A DNA stretch of 64,000 nucleotides from an uncultured SAR86 cluster bacterium. Lineage in GTDB: Bacteria > Pseudomonadota > Gammaproteobacteria > Magnimaribacterales > D2472. A program made the position numbers and the translations under genes. The notes under the pieces were generated by a model. It was not told the origin of the DNA. It did no database searches and was given only the letters and a program-made list of their open reading frames with translations. Positions 13,688 through 27,359 of this stretch are shown here, piece after piece. The stretch covers positions 3,395-67,394 of the forward strand of contig CACCOR010000008.1 of assembly GCA_902547695.1 (NCBI GenBank), written 5' to 3'. How positions within the stretch are numbered: position 1 is the stretch's first letter; every line of letters begins with the position of its first letter.

Positions 13688-14519
13688 AGAAAACAAAACA
13701 CTCAACAAGGGACTAGATGCTCTTTTGGGACAATCTAATACCAATCAAAGATCTGTAAAAGAAATAGAAATATCAAAAATTAAGCCAGGCAGGTTTCAAC
13801 CAAGATCAAACTTTGATAATGAAAAGCTTCAGGAATTAACTGAATCGATAAAAAAACAAGGAGTTCTTTCACCCATTTTAGTAAGAGAGCTTGGTCTAAA
13901 TGAGTATGAGGTTATTGCTGGCGAGAGAAGGTTAAGATCATCAAAAATGGCGGGACTAGGAACGATACCTTGTTTGGTAGATCAAAAAAAAGATCAAGAC
14001 GCTCTTGTGTCGGCCCTTATAGAGAACCTTCAAAGAGAAGACCTTAATCCTGTTGAAGAGGCAAGAGGTCTTGATAGGCTAAAAAGAGAGTTTGGGCTTA
14101 CTCAAGACGAAGTGGCAACTTCAACAGGTAAGGCAAGAAGCACAATAGCCAACTCACTTAGAATATTATCTTTACCAACATCGGTTCTTGATTTGCTTTC
14201 AGAAGGAAAAATTGAAAAGGGACATGCAAAACTTTTAGCATCAATGCCACCTTCTGATGCAGAAAAAATGGCAAGAAAAATAATTAAGGAAAGCTTGACC
14301 GTAAAAGATCTCAGCAACGTTTCTTTAAAAAACAAATCCAAAAATTCACCAAAATCCAAACAAAAAGATACTGATATGTTGAATATAGAACAAGAGATGT
14401 CTGAATCATTTGGACATAAGGTTGAAATAGAAACCAAGAATAAAAAATCTGGAAAAGTAACTATTTTTTATAAAAGCCTTGATGAGCTTGATAATATTAT
14501 TGCAAAGATAAAAAAATAA
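13680..14519 (+). CDS. parB: chromosome partitioning protein ParB (Spo0J)
   Basis: 279 aa. ParB box VIAGERRLRSS, HTH region LTQDEVATSTGKARSTIANSLRIL. Confidence 0.92.
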   Translation: MSEENKTLNKGLDALLGQSNTNQRSVKEIEISKIKPGRFQPRSNFDNEKLQELTESIKKQGVLSPILVRELGLNEYEVIAGERRLRSSKMAGLGTIPCLVDQKKDQDALVSALIENLQREDLNPVEEARGLDRLKREFGLTQDEVATSTGKARSTIANSLRILSLPTSVLDLLSEGKIEKGHAKLLASMPPSDAEKMARKIIKESLTVKDLSNVSLKNKSKNSPKSKQKDTDMLNIEQEMSESFGHKVEIETKNKKSGKVTIFYKSLDELDNIIAKIKK

Positions 14520-14524
14520 CTTAC

Positions 14525-14537
14525 AAACAACTTGTTT
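14525..14537. promoter_or_regulatory. 13-bp palindrome AAACAA-C-TTGTTT between parB and atpI; core AACAACTTGTT shared with 10340-10352
   Basis: Read directly, 6 nt after the parB stop and about 65 nt upstream of atpI. Confidence 0.35.
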
Positions 14538-14602
14538 ATCAATGATTATGTTTCTATAATTCTCGCCAGAAAAAATATATAAATATATCCCAAAGCCTGA
14601 GT

Positions 14603-15831
<1,229 letters not shown>

Positions 15832-15845
15832 TCCTCAAATTATAG

Positions 15846-16076
<231 letters not shown>

Positions 16077-16095
16077 AAAGTATAGAAGCTAAAAA

Positions 16096-16566
16096 ATGAA
16101 CATAAACGCAACCTTAATTGCCCAAGCAGTTGTAATGATTGTATTTGTAGCAATCTGTTGGAGATATATTTATCCTCCTATTCTCTCTGTTATGAAAGAA
16201 AGAGAAAAAAGGATATCTGACGGTCTTGAGGCTGCAAAAAAAGCTGATGATTCATTAGAGGAAGCTAAGCTTGCCTTTGATAAGGAACTTAATCAGGCAA
16301 AGACCGAAGCAGCAGAAATTCTTGATAAAGCAAACGCAAGAGCATCTCAAATTGTAAGTGATGCTGCATCTAAAGCAGAAGCAGAAGCCGAAAAGATACT
16401 AACCTCAGCATCAACAACAATAGAAAATGAAACCAATAAAGCTAAAGAAGAGTTGAGGCAGCAGATGTCAGACATAATAATTGATACCACTCAAAAAATT
16501 CTTGGGGATGAGATATCAAAGGAAAAACATGAAGAAATCCTCAAAAAGGCTGCTGAGGAACTATAA
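16096..16566 (+). CDS. atpF: F0F1 ATP synthase subunit b
   Basis: 156 aa. One N-terminal TM helix followed by a long charged Ala/Glu/Lys-rich helix. Confidence 0.9.
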   Translation: MNINATLIAQAVVMIVFVAICWRYIYPPILSVMKEREKRISDGLEAAKKADDSLEEAKLAFDKELNQAKTEAAEILDKANARASQIVSDAASKAEAEAEKILTSASTTIENETNKAKEELRQQMSDIIIDTTQKILGDEISKEKHEEILKKAAEEL

Positions 16567-16569
16567 AAA

Positions 16570-17106
16570 ATGATTGAGTTAACGCCTCTTGCCAGACCAT
16601 ATGCCAAAGCATTATTTGCCTCGGCATTAGAATCTAAAAACATTGACGAAATGGCGTCTGAGTTAAAAACTATGGCGCTAGCATCAAAATCCGACGGAGT
16701 AATCAATACTATTGAAAATCCTGTTTTATCAAGACAAGATGTTGTAACTGTATTGGTCGATTTATTTGATGAAAGTATTTCTGACACCTCAAAAAAGCTA
16801 TTAGAAATATTATCAGAAAATAAACGTCTAAATCTTCTCGAAACAATCTATATAATTTATCAAGAACTCTTAGAAGAGCATAAAGAACAAAAATCGGTAG
16901 AAGTTTTTGTAGCTGTTGATCCTGGAGAAGAAGCTAAACAAAATATTGAAGACAAATTAAAATCAACCTATGGCAAAGATGCCAATATTTATTTTTCTAA
17001 AGACCCATCAATGATGGGCGGCCTATCAATAAAGATAGGAGATGAGACATTAGACCTTTCCATCAAAGGCAAGGTTAAAAAACTTATAAACCAATTAAAT
17101 TTTTAA
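16570..17106 (+). CDS. atpH: F0F1 ATP synthase subunit delta
   Basis: 178 aa. N-terminal ARPYAKALF and C-terminal MGGLSIKIGDETLDLSIKGKV. Confidence 0.9.
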   Translation: MIELTPLARPYAKALFASALESKNIDEMASELKTMALASKSDGVINTIENPVLSRQDVVTVLVDLFDESISDTSKKLLEILSENKRLNLLETIYIIYQELLEEHKEQKSVEVFVAVDPGEEAKQNIEDKLKSTYGKDANIYFSKDPSMMGGLSIKIGDETLDLSIKGKVKKLINQLNF

Positions 17107-17115
17107 GGTGAAAAT

Positions 17116-18660
17116 ATGAGCCAATTAAATCCATCAGAAATTTCCAGCGTTTTAAAAGAGAAAATTGCTGGCCTTGATCTATCAGCTGAAAGAAAAAATG
17201 AAGGCATAGTTGTAAGTGTCTCAGACGGTATTGTAAGAATTCATGGTATGGGTGACGTCATGTATGGTGAGGTTATCGAATTTGAAAATGGTACAAAAGG
17301 AATGGCACTTAACCTAGAACAAGATTCTGTTGGTGCAGTTGTTCTTGGTGATTATCTTGAAATTATTGAAGGTCAAAAAGCTGTTTGTACTGGAAAAGTT
17401 TTAGAGGTGCCTGTTGGGGAGGCTATGCTTGGTAGGGTTGTAAATACATTGGGCGCACCTATTGATGGTAAGGGTGAAATTAATGCTGAACACTCTTCAC
17501 CAGTTGAGGTTGTTGCTCCTGGGGTTATTGCACGTCAGTCAGTAGATCAACCCGTTCAAATTGGCTTAAAAGCTGTTGATGCTATGGTTCCAATAGGAAG
17601 AGGCCAAAGGGAGTTAATTATTGGTGATAGACAAACTGGTAAAACAGCCGTTGCAATTGACGCAATTATTAATCAAAAAGGCACGGGTATTAAATGTATT
17701 TATGTTGCTATCGGTCAAAAACAATCAACTGTTGCTAATGTTGTTAGAAAACTAGAAGAATATGGAGCTATGGAACATACCATTGTTGTTTCAGCCACAG
17801 CTGCAGATCCAGCACCTATGCAATATCTGTCAGCCTATGCTGGATGCACAATGGGAGAATACTTTAGAGACAAGGGAGAAGATGCTCTAATTGTTTACGA
17901 TGACCTTTCAAAACAAGCTGTCGCATATAGACAGGTATCATTGCTTCTTAAAAGACCTCCAGGAAGAGAGGCATATCCTGGAGACGTATTCTATCTTCAC
18001 TCAAGGTTGCTTGAGAGAGCTGCGAGAGTAAATGCTGAATATGTCGAGCAAGTTACCGGTGGAAAAGTCAAAGGTAAAACAGGCTCATTAACAGCATTGC
18101 CAATTATTGAAACTTTGGCTGGAGACGTTTCGGCTTTTGTTCCAACCAATGTAATTTCTATTACAGACGGACAAATATATTTAGAAACTGAATTATTTAA
18201 TTCAGGCGTAAGACCTGCGATTAACCCAGGTTTGTCTGTATCAAGGGTTGGTGGATCAGCACAAACTAAAATTATGAAAAAATTAGCTGGTGGTGTGAGA
18301 ACTGCGTTAGCTCAATATCGTGAATTAGCTGCTTTCTCTCAGTTTGCTTCTGATTTAGACGATGCTACCAAACAGCAACTTGCAAACGGTAAAGCTTTTA
18401 CAGAACTTCTAAAACAAAAACAATATGCGCCAATGAGTGTTGCTCAACAAGCATTAAGTTTATTTGCTGCTGACAGAGGATACATGGCAGATGTTGAGGT
18501 TGAAAAAATTCTTGATTTTGAAGAAGCCCTTCATGGATATTTAACTTCTGAAAAAGGTGATCTTGAAGAACAAATTAACTCAACAGGTGACTGGAACGAC
18601 GACATTGAAGCACAATTTACTGCTTTGGTTGAAGATTTCAAGAAAACACAAACTTATTAA
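17116..18660 (+). CDS. atpA: F0F1 ATP synthase subunit alpha
   Basis: 514 aa. GDRQTGKTA Walker [17 protein letters not shown]. Confidence 0.97.
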   Translation: MSQLNPSEISSVLKEKIAGLDLSAERKNEGIVVSVSDGIVRIHGMGDVMYGEVIEFENGTKGMALNLEQDSVGAVVLGDYLEIIEGQKAVCTGKVLEVPVGEAMLGRVVNTLGAPIDGKGEINAEHSSPVEVVAPGVIARQSVDQPVQIGLKAVDAMVPIGRGQRELIIGDRQTGKTAVAIDAIINQKGTGIKCIYVAIGQKQSTVANVVRKLEEYGAMEHTIVVSATAADPAPMQYLSAYAGCTMGEYFRDKGEDALIVYDDLSKQAVAYRQVSLLLKRPPGREAYPGDVFYLHSRLLERAARVNAEYVEQVTGGKVKGKTGSLTALPIIETLAGDVSAFVPTNVISITDGQIYLETELFNSGVRPAINPGLSVSRVGGSAQTKIMKKLAGGVRTALAQYRELAAFSQFASDLDDATKQQLANGKAFTELLKQKQYAPMSVAQQALSLFAADRGYMADVEVEKILDFEEALHGYLTSEKGDLEEQINSTGDWNDDIEAQFTALVEDFKKTQTY

Positions 18661-18670
18661 ATTATAAATA

Positions 18671-20942
<2,272 letters not shown>

Positions 20943-20944
20943 AC

Positions 20945-21358
20945 ATGAATACCATAAAAATAAATATTGTTTCTTCTAGTGAGGAAATCTATTCTGGAGA
21001 AGCAACTATGGTGTTTGCTACTGGAACTCTGGGAGAGCTTGGAATCGCACCAGGCCATACACCCCTCTTAACTGGGCTAGCTGCTGGACCTGTAAGAGTT
21101 CAAAATGGATCGGATGAAGAAACATTTTTCTGCTCTGGAGGATTCTTAGAGGTTCAACCAGATTTGGTAACTGTTTTATCTGATACTGCAGAAAGAGCGG
21201 AAAGCCTTGATGAGTCGGAAGCGATTAAAGCTAAAGAGGTTGCTGAGCAGGAACTTGCAAATAAAGACACTTCAATTGATTATGCAAAAGCTTCAGCCCA
21301 ACTTGCAGAAGCTGTCGCAAGACTTAAGACTATTCAAAAATTGCGAAAAAAACAGTAA
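20945..21358 (+). CDS. atpC: F0F1 ATP synthase subunit epsilon
   Basis: 137 aa. GELGIAPGHTPLLT and a C-terminal helical hairpin. Confidence 0.9.
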   Translation: MNTIKINIVSSSEEIYSGEATMVFATGTLGELGIAPGHTPLLTGLAAGPVRVQNGSDEETFFCSGGFLEVQPDLVTVLSDTAERAESLDESEAIKAKEVAEQELANKDTSIDYAKASAQLAEAVARLKTIQKLRKKQ

Positions 21359-21380
21359 GGTATCTATTTAGCCTTATATT

Positions 21381-22736
21381 GTGAAAATTCATACTGTAAT
21401 TCTAGCTGCCGGAGAGGGCTCTAGAATGCTATCAAACAAAGCAAAATCTCTTCAACCTGTTGGCGGACTGTCAATGCTTAGGCGTATTTTTGATACCGTT
21501 TCGAATTTAACTGATGAAACTTCTTTTGTAGTTGGTTTCGAAAAAGATTCAGTGACTAATGAAATAGAAAAATTTTCTGGAATAAATCATATTTGTGAAC
21601 AAAAAAAGCCAATCGGCACTGCTGATGCTGTGAAATCCGCACTAGACTCAATAAAACAAGACTCAAAGGTTTTAGTCTTATACGGAGACGTTCCCTTAAT
21701 AAAAAAAGAAACACTTAATAATCTAATTTCAATGACAGATGACAGCCTCACGATTTTGAGCACTGAACTTAAAGATCCAACTGGCTATGGAAGAGTTAAG
21801 AAAAACGAAAATGGATTGGCAATATCAATAGTTGAGGAAAAAGATGCATCTAAGGAAGATAAAAAGATAAAAGAAATTTTCACAGGGATACTTTGTTGTA
21901 ATAAAAAATTACTTGAGGAGGCAATAAGCGAAGTAAATAACGATAATGCTGCATCAGAGTTCTATTTAACAGATATTGTTTCTATAATAAATACAAAAGG
22001 GTTTAGAATTAATACATGTATTGTCCCCAATGATGAAGTAAAGGGCGCCAATACAAAAGAAGAATTGTCAGAGTTAGAGGGAATATATAGAGAAATGAAA
22101 GCAAACGATCTATTAAATATGGGTATAACTATATCTGATCCATCTAGGGTTGACGTCAGAGGAGATGTCTCAGCTGGTAAAGATTGTTTTATTGACGTGA
22201 ATGTAATTTTGGAGGGTGATGTATCATTAGGTAATAACGTGTCTATAGGTCCGAATACAATTTTAAAAGACGTTGAGATTGGAGATAATTCAAAAATTGA
22301 GGCTTTTTCTCATTTAGTGTCATCAAAAGTTGGGAATAATTGCTCTATAGGACCATATGCAAGATTAAGAGAGGGTAGCCATATAGACGACTCAGCAAAG
22401 ATAGGAAATTTTGTTGAAACTAAAAAAACAAAAGTTGGCAAAGAATCTAAAGCTAATCATTTTGCATATCTAGGAGATGCCGATATTGGCAGTGACTCTA
22501 ATATAGGAGCAGGGACAATAACATGTAACTATGATGGTAAAGATAAACACCAAACAAAGATTGGAGATAATAGCTTTGTTGGAACCAATTCATCATTAGT
22601 TGCTCCGGTAACAATCGGCTCAAATGCATATGTTGCAGCAGGATCCGTAATTACAAAAGATGTTCCTGATAATGCTCTAGGTGTAGGAAGGGCGAAGCAA
22701 GATAACAAAGAAAATTGGTCTAAGAAGAAGGACTAA
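21381..22736 (+). CDS. glmU: bifunctional UDP-N-acetylglucosamine diphosphorylase / glucosamine-1-phosphate N-acetyltransferase
   Basis: 451 aa, GTG start. ILAAGEGSRM, followed by C-terminal left-handed beta-helix hexapeptide repeats. Confidence 0.92.
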   Translation: MKIHTVILAAGEGSRMLSNKAKSLQPVGGLSMLRRIFDTVSNLTDETSFVVGFEKDSVTNEIEKFSGINHICEQKKPIGTADAVKSALDSIKQDSKVLVLYGDVPLIKKETLNNLISMTDDSLTILSTELKDPTGYGRVKKNENGLAISIVEEKDASKEDKKIKEIFTGILCCNKKLLEEAISEVNNDNAASEFYLTDIVSIINTKGFRINTCIVPNDEVKGANTKEELSELEGIYREMKANDLLNMGITISDPSRVDVRGDVSAGKDCFIDVNVILEGDVSLGNNVSIGPNTILKDVEIGDNSKIEAFSHLVSSKVGNNCSIGPYARLREGSHIDDSAKIGNFVETKKTKVGKESKANHFAYLGDADIGSDSNIGAGTITCNYDGKDKHQTKIGDNSFVGTNSSLVAPVTIGSNAYVAAGSVITKDVPDNALGVGRAKQDNKENWSKKKD

Positions 22737-22742
22737 AAAATT

Positions 22743-24569
22743 ATGTGTGGAATAATAGCTGCTGCCTCAAATCGTAATGTTGGAAAGTTGCTTGTTCAAG
22801 GGCTTCATAAAATGGAATACCGTGGTTACGATTCTGCTGGAATTGCTCTTCATCAAACAGACCAAATTGCTCATCTTAGAACCCTAGGAAAAGTAAAGCT
22901 ACTTGAAGAAAAAATGATTGCTGAAAAGCCAAAAAGTAAGCTTGGCATTGCTCACACAAGATGGGCCACTCATGGAGAACCATCAGAAGAAAATGCACAT
23001 CCACATATGTCAAATGAAAGAGTTTATATCGTTCACAATGGAATAATTGAGAATTATCTAGATCTTAAAGATTTTTTAAAAAAGGAAGGTTATTCTTTTT
23101 CATCTCAAACAGACTCTGAATTAATAGCTCACCTTCTTGAATATTTTCTTAATAAAGGAAACAACATGTTGGATTCGATGTATTTAACCAAAGAAAAGCT
23201 TGATGGAGCATATGCAATAGCAGCCATAGACAAAGAAGATGATCAAAATATTATTATTGCTAGAAGCAAATCTCCACTTTTAATAGGGATTGGAATTGAT
23301 GAATTTTTGGCAGCTTCAGATCCTCTAGCAATTGGCCAGCTAACAAACGAGTTTATTTTTTTAGAGGACGGAGACGTTGCAGAATTATCATCTGAGAGTT
23401 ATACGATTTTTGATGAGTCAAAGAAGAAAGTTGAAAGAGAGATTTCTCAAATAGATATTTCAAGTCAAGCTTCATCTAAAGGTGAATATCGCCACTTCAT
23501 GGAAAAAGAAATTTACGAACAACCAGAAGCAATTCTTAAGACCATTGATGGAAGAGTAGGTGGAGATGACGTTTTAGATAATATATTTGGACTTGGCTCA
23601 TCTGAAATGTTCGAAAAAGTTAAAAGAGTCCAAATAGTAGCCTGTGGAACAAGCTTGCACGCCGGAAGAGTTGCAGCTAACTGGTTTTCAGCAATTTCAG
23701 AACTTCCTACACAAATAGACTATGCTTCTGAATATAGATATAGAAATCCCCATGTAGACGATGATTCTCTTCTGGTCACAATTTCTCAATCTGGAGAAAC
23801 AGCTGACACCCTTGCTGCATTGAGATATGCACAAGAAAAGGATTATCTATCGACCCTATGTATTTGTAATGTTCCTACAAGTTCTCTTGCAAGGGAATCA
23901 GAGTATTCAATATTTACTAATGCTGGACCTGAAATTGGAGTTGCTTCTACAAAAGCCTTCACAACTCAACTTGCAGCTTTAATGCTGCTAGCTTTGTCTC
24001 TTGCAAAAAGCAGAGGAAAAAATCCAAAGTTAAGAACAAGAGTAATAACAGCATTAAGATCATTACCAGAAACAGTTGAAGAAACTTTAAAACTTAAAGA
24101 CACAATTTTAGAAATAGCACCTGAAATAGCTAATAAAGATAATGCTTTGTTTTTAGGAAGAGGTATTTTTTATCCAATCGCTAAAGAGGGAGCACTAAAG
24201 CTAAAAGAAATTTCTTACATTCATGCTGAAGCTTATCCTGCTGGCGAGTTAAAACATGGACCTCTTGCTTTAATAGATGAAGAAATTCCAGTTATTGCTT
24301 TAGCGCCAGAGAGCGAGATAGCTGAAAAATTAGTTTCTAATCTTGAAGAAGTTAAAGCTAGGGGTGGAACTCTATATGTATTTTCTGATCCTTCAATTTC
24401 AATGGATTTAAAGTCTGGAAGACTCATCAATATGCCAAAGTGCGACTTCCTTTTGACTCCAATCATTTATACGATACCTCTTCAAATACTTTCTTATGAA
24501 GTAGCATTGTTAAGAGGGACGGACATTGATCAACCAAGAAATTTAGCCAAATCTGTTACGGTGGAGTAG
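22743..24569 (+). CDS. glmS: glutamine--fructose-6-phosphate aminotransferase (isomerizing)
   Basis: 608 aa. N-terminal MCGI nucleophile, two SIS domains, C-terminal PRNLAKSVTVE. Confidence 0.97.
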   Translation: MCGIIAAASNRNVGKLLVQGLHKMEYRGYDSAGIALHQTDQIAHLRTLGKVKLLEEKMIAEKPKSKLGIAHTRWATHGEPSEENAHPHMSNERVYIVHNGIIENYLDLKDFLKKEGYSFSSQTDSELIAHLLEYFLNKGNNMLDSMYLTKEKLDGAYAIAAIDKEDDQNIIIARSKSPLLIGIGIDEFLAASDPLAIGQLTNEFIFLEDGDVAELSSESYTIFDESKKKVEREISQIDISSQASSKGEYRHFMEKEIYEQPEAILKTIDGRVGGDDVLDNIFGLGSSEMFEKVKRVQIVACGTSLHAGRVAANWFSAISELPTQIDYASEYRYRNPHVDDDSLLVTISQSGETADTLAALRYAQEKDYLSTLCICNVPTSSLARESEYSIFTNAGPEIGVASTKAFTTQLAALMLLALSLAKSRGKNPKLRTRVITALRSLPETVEETLKLKDTILEIAPEIANKDNALFLGRGIFYPIAKEGALKLKEISYIHAEAYPAGELKHGPLALIDEEIPVIALAPESEIAEKLVSNLEEVKARGGTLYVFSDPSISMDLKSGRLINMPKCDFLLTPIIYTIPLQILSYEVALLRGTDIDQPRNLAKSVTVE

Positions 24570-24599
24570 AACAAAACAGATAATTAAACGGAGAAGAAA

Positions 24600-24839
24600 A
24601 TGAATGAAGTGATAACCACATCAGAAACAAGTGATAAAAATTTTTTCTTATTGCTAGTATTATGTTTTCTCGTAGGTGTTTTTGGGGTTCATAGATTTTA
24701 TTGCGGAAAAATAAAATCAGGTATTTTCATGATACTTACAATTGGTGGATTGGGCATTTGGGCACTTGCTGACTTCATAATCGCATGTTTTGGAGAGTTT
24801 ACAGATGCAGAAGGCAAGAAAATAAAATATAACAATTAG
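24600..24839 (+). CDS. TM2 domain-containing membrane protein
   Basis: 79 aa. GVFGVHRFYCGKIKSGIFMILTIGGLGIWALADFI matches the TM2 two-helix signature. Confidence 0.7.
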   Translation: MNEVITTSETSDKNFFLLLVLCFLVGVFGVHRFYCGKIKSGIFMILTIGGLGIWALADFIIACFGEFTDAEGKKIKYNN

Positions 24840-24861
24840 CAGTGTTGTTCATGGAGGGATT

Positions 24862-24984
24862 ATGGCTTATCAAGCCGCCATCGACAGCCATGAAATGGGA
24901 CATTTTTTAGGTGACATACCAGCTTTATTTATTTTAGCTTTGTTAGCAGGATATACTCTCAGAAAAGAACAAGTAAAAGAATAA
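24862..24984 (+). CDS. candidate 40-aa small membrane protein (unannotated short ORF)
   Basis: Hand translation gives MAYQAAIDSHEMGHFLGDIPALFILALLAGYTLRKEQVKE. GGAGGG lies 5 nt upstream of the ATG. One TM helix. The stop is 19 nt before the next gene. Confidence 0.35.
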   Translation: MAYQAAIDSHEMGHFLGDIPALFILALLAGYTLRKEQVKE

Positions 24985-25003
24985 TTTTTTACAAGGATAA
25001 AAT

Positions 25004-25690
25004 ATGTTGTACGCGTTGGGCGTTCTAATAGTATTAGCAATAATATTTGGACCATCTTTGTGGGTGAAGTTTGTCATGAGGCGTTATTCAACTGAAAAGC
25101 CTGAAATGCCTGGCACTGGTGGAGAGCTCGCAAAGCATTTGATTAAGCGATTTTCTTTAAAAGATGTTGAGGTTGAAATAACTGAGCTTGGAGATCATTA
25201 TGATCCAATTGAAAAGAAAGTTAGACTTTCAAGAGAGCATTATGAATCAAAATCATTGACCGCAGTAGCTATTGCGGCTCATGAGGTTGGACATGCTATT
25301 CAGGATCATCAAGGCGATAGACGTTTGGCTACAAGAACAAAAATGGTTCCTATTGTTAATTTGTTAGCGCGCTGGAGTGTTGTCATTATCTCTTTATCGC
25401 CAGTGATCGGTATTATCACGCGACATCCAATTCCATTTTCTTTATTACTTTTCATAGGGCTATCAGGTTTTATTGCTCGCATGATGATCCATGCGGTGAC
25501 TCTGCCAATTGAATTTGACGCAAGTTTCTCAAAAGCACTCCCTATACTAAGGGAAGGGGATTATGTATCGCAGTCAAATGAAAAAGCTGTCAGTCATGTT
25601 CTTAGGGCAGCAGCCCTGACATACGTATCAGCTGCGCTAGCCGATATTTTAAACCTTAGTCGTTGGATCTTTATATTGTTAAGGCGATGA
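25004..25690 (+). CDS. putative neutral zinc metallopeptidase (YugP / Zn_peptidase_2-like membrane protease)
   Basis: 228 aa. N-terminal TM helix, HEVGHAIQ (HExxH) motif, and C-terminal TM helices. Confidence 0.75.
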   Translation: MLYALGVLIVLAIIFGPSLWVKFVMRRYSTEKPEMPGTGGELAKHLIKRFSLKDVEVEITELGDHYDPIEKKVRLSREHYESKSLTAVAIAAHEVGHAIQDHQGDRRLATRTKMVPIVNLLARWSVVIISLSPVIGIITRHPIPFSLLLFIGLSGFIARMMIHAVTLPIEFDASFSKALPILREGDYVSQSNEKAVSHVLRAAALTYVSAALADILNLSRWIFILLRR

Positions 25691-25716
25691 GACAAGACAG
25701 AAATCACAATAAAGAC

Positions 25717-26043
25717 ATGAAAAATATCCTGAAAACTCCTTTTATGTTTTTGTTATTTGGCTGCCTTGCAACTCAACCCATTGATACCGTTTCACAGGTA
25801 AAGATAATAAACTTTGAGCAAACCAAAGACTTAAGCTGTACAGAAATCGATTTAATTGAAGCGTTTGGAAAAAAATCAATGACGGTAGATGCTGATAGAA
25901 GAAATGCTCTAACTGAATTTAAAAATAAAATAGAAGAAAAAGGCGGAAATGCTGGCGTTATTTTAAATCAATTAAATTCTAAAGCAGGATTTAAAATTAG
26001 TGGCTACGCATGGAATTGTGAGAATTTAAATGAAAGAATTTAG
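25717..26043 (+). CDS. putative lipoprotein
   Basis: The start is moved to the internal ATG at 25717. MKNILKTPFMFLLFGC gives a signal peptide plus lipobox (LFGC). No function recognised. Confidence 0.55.
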   Translation: MKNILKTPFMFLLFGCLATQPIDTVSQVKIINFEQTKDLSCTEIDLIEAFGKKSMTVDADRRNALTEFKNKIEEKGGNAGVILNQLNSKAGFKISGYAWNCENLNERI

Positions 26044-26087
26044 AAATCTAATAATTTTAAGTCCTTATAAACCAAAGCATAAAATTA

Positions 26088-26480
26088 TTAGGCTTCTTTT
26101 CCATTTGATTCCTTCATATGAATTGCTGCAAGCAACAAAAGGCCAGCAAAAACTCCTAGATTCTTAAAAAAATTCTGAGTCTCATGTTCAGCATTTATGC
26201 CCTCATAAACATTCCAAAAATCATGTAAATTTAAATTAATTAAAATAGTCATTGCAGCAAAACTAAGCGCACAAACCACCACATATTTTTTTAATAATAA
26301 GCTTATGCCTCCAACAATCTGAATAACTCCAGCTATTGCAAGTAATAATGGAACCATTTTCATGTTATGAGCTTCCATTAGCGCAACTTGATCATCCCAT
26401 GCAATAAATTTTCCTATTCCAGGAAGAAGAAAGTACAAGGCAAGGAATATTCGACCAATATGTATTAATAAGTTTTTCAT
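26088..26480 (-). CDS. DoxX family membrane protein
   Basis: 130 aa, four TM helices, N-terminal RIFLALYFLLPGIGKF typical of DoxX. Confidence 0.6.
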   Translation of the reverse strand: MKNLLIHIGRIFLALYFLLPGIGKFIAWDDQVALMEAHNMKMVPLLLAIAGVIQIVGGISLLLKKYVVVCALSFAAMTILINLNLHDFWNVYEGINAEHETQNFFKNLGVFAGLLLLAAIHMKESNGKEA

Positions 26481-26487
26481 ACGATCT

Positions 26488-26706
26488 TTACTTCTTTGGT
26501 AGTATAAATAAATCTTCTACCTTGCATCCTAAAGTTTTAGAAATCTTTAAAGCAAGAACTGTTGAAGGAATATATATGCCATTTTCAATTGCGTTTATGC
26601 TCTTTCTTGATACATCTGCGCTTTCTGACAACTCTTGTTGCGTAAGGCCAGATTCTTTTCTAAGTTGCTCAAGATTGTTTAGAAGCTTCTTATGATGTTT
26701 TCCCAA
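26488..26706 (-). CDS. XRE-family (Cro/C1 HTH) transcriptional regulator, stand-alone 72-aa type
   Basis: LTQQELSESADVSRKSINAIENG helix-turn-helix. No sensor domain. Confidence 0.85.
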   Translation of the reverse strand: MGKHHKKLLNNLEQLRKESGLTQQELSESADVSRKSINAIENGIYIPSTVLALKISKTLGCKVEDLFILPKK

Positions 26707-26714
26707 AATTATTC

Positions 26715-26960
26715 CTATGCTCTGCTTTCAAAATCGTCTACTTCATCTGATATTTCCTTAGCTTTATGCTCATTAATATCTGTATCAGTCATTTTGCCTG
26801 CATATATATCTAGGCCGTTGCTTACAAGATATCCAAAAGAAAAGGCAATAACAAAACTGATCGTCCAAGATATCTCCCATAAGTTAAATAGAATATAGAA
26901 GTTTAAGAAACCAATTCCTACTCCAACGGCATGCGAATGTATTTTTATATATTTTTTCAT
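26715..26960 (-). CDS. small two-TM membrane protein with an acidic tail
   Basis: 81 aa. Located 8 nt upstream of the XRE gene in the same orientation. Confidence 0.5.
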   Translation of the reverse strand: MKKYIKIHSHAVGVGIGFLNFYILFNLWEISWTISFVIAFSFGYLVSNGLDIYAGKMTDTDINEHKAKEISDEVDDFESRA

Positions 26961-26969
26961 TAAATAGGC

Positions 26970-27359
26970 CTATTTTTTTTCGAAATCTTCAACTGCGTTT
27001 GTTAATTCTTCGCTTGTATTTGGATAAAGATAGCCAGCAGCTATTTGCCCCAAACCTATAGCACAAACTAATGCTCCTACTCCCTTAAGCAGTGATCCAA
27101 GAAAGAATACTCCTAAAAGAAACAGACCAACTCCAGTAAATGCCGTTATTACACCAGTTCTTCTGTAATCAATTGGTTCTTTTTTTCTTTCATCAAGCAA
27201 GTCGATCATATCCTGTATTTTTGATGGATCATCTAAGTTTCTAGATATTTCTAATATTGTTTTATTTCTATCCTTACTTTCTAAATATAGCCAGATGAAT
27301 ACTGAAACTGGGATTATAATTGCTACTAATATTCCTAAAACTGGGACAAGTTCAAACAT
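26970..27359 (-). CDS. hypothetical membrane protein
   Basis: 129 aa. One N-terminal TM helix, a charged linker, then two glycine-rich TM helices. First gene of the minus-strand cluster 27359-26088. Confidence 0.5.
   Translation of the reverse strand: MFELVPVLGILVAIIIPVSVFIWLYLESKDRNKTILEISRNLDDPSKIQDMIDLLDERKKEPIDYRRTGVITAFTGVGLFLLGVFFLGSLLKGVGALVCAIGLGQIAAGYLYPNTSEELTNAVEDFEKK

Noticed and set aside
14102-14437. 111-aa minus-strand ORF. Similar antisense ORFs lie at 27910-28248 (112 aa) and 44396-44737 (113 aa), and there is a series at 37704-38421.
   Set aside because: Each lies inside, and antisense to, a strongly supported gene (parB, the TVP38 protein, ALDH7, the beta-helix protein). 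These are shadow ORFs without start-site support.
24570-24640. Possible Tn7-like insertion at the attTn7 position just downstream of glmS
   Set aside because: No tnsABCDE-like genes, transposase, integrase or terminal repeats were seen downstream. The neighbouring genes are small housekeeping-type membrane and peptidase genes with the same composition as the rest of the window.
24870-25055. 61-aa minus-strand ORF
   Set aside because: It overlaps the start of the zinc peptidase gene. It is antisense to a plus-strand short ORF that has a strong ribosome-binding site.
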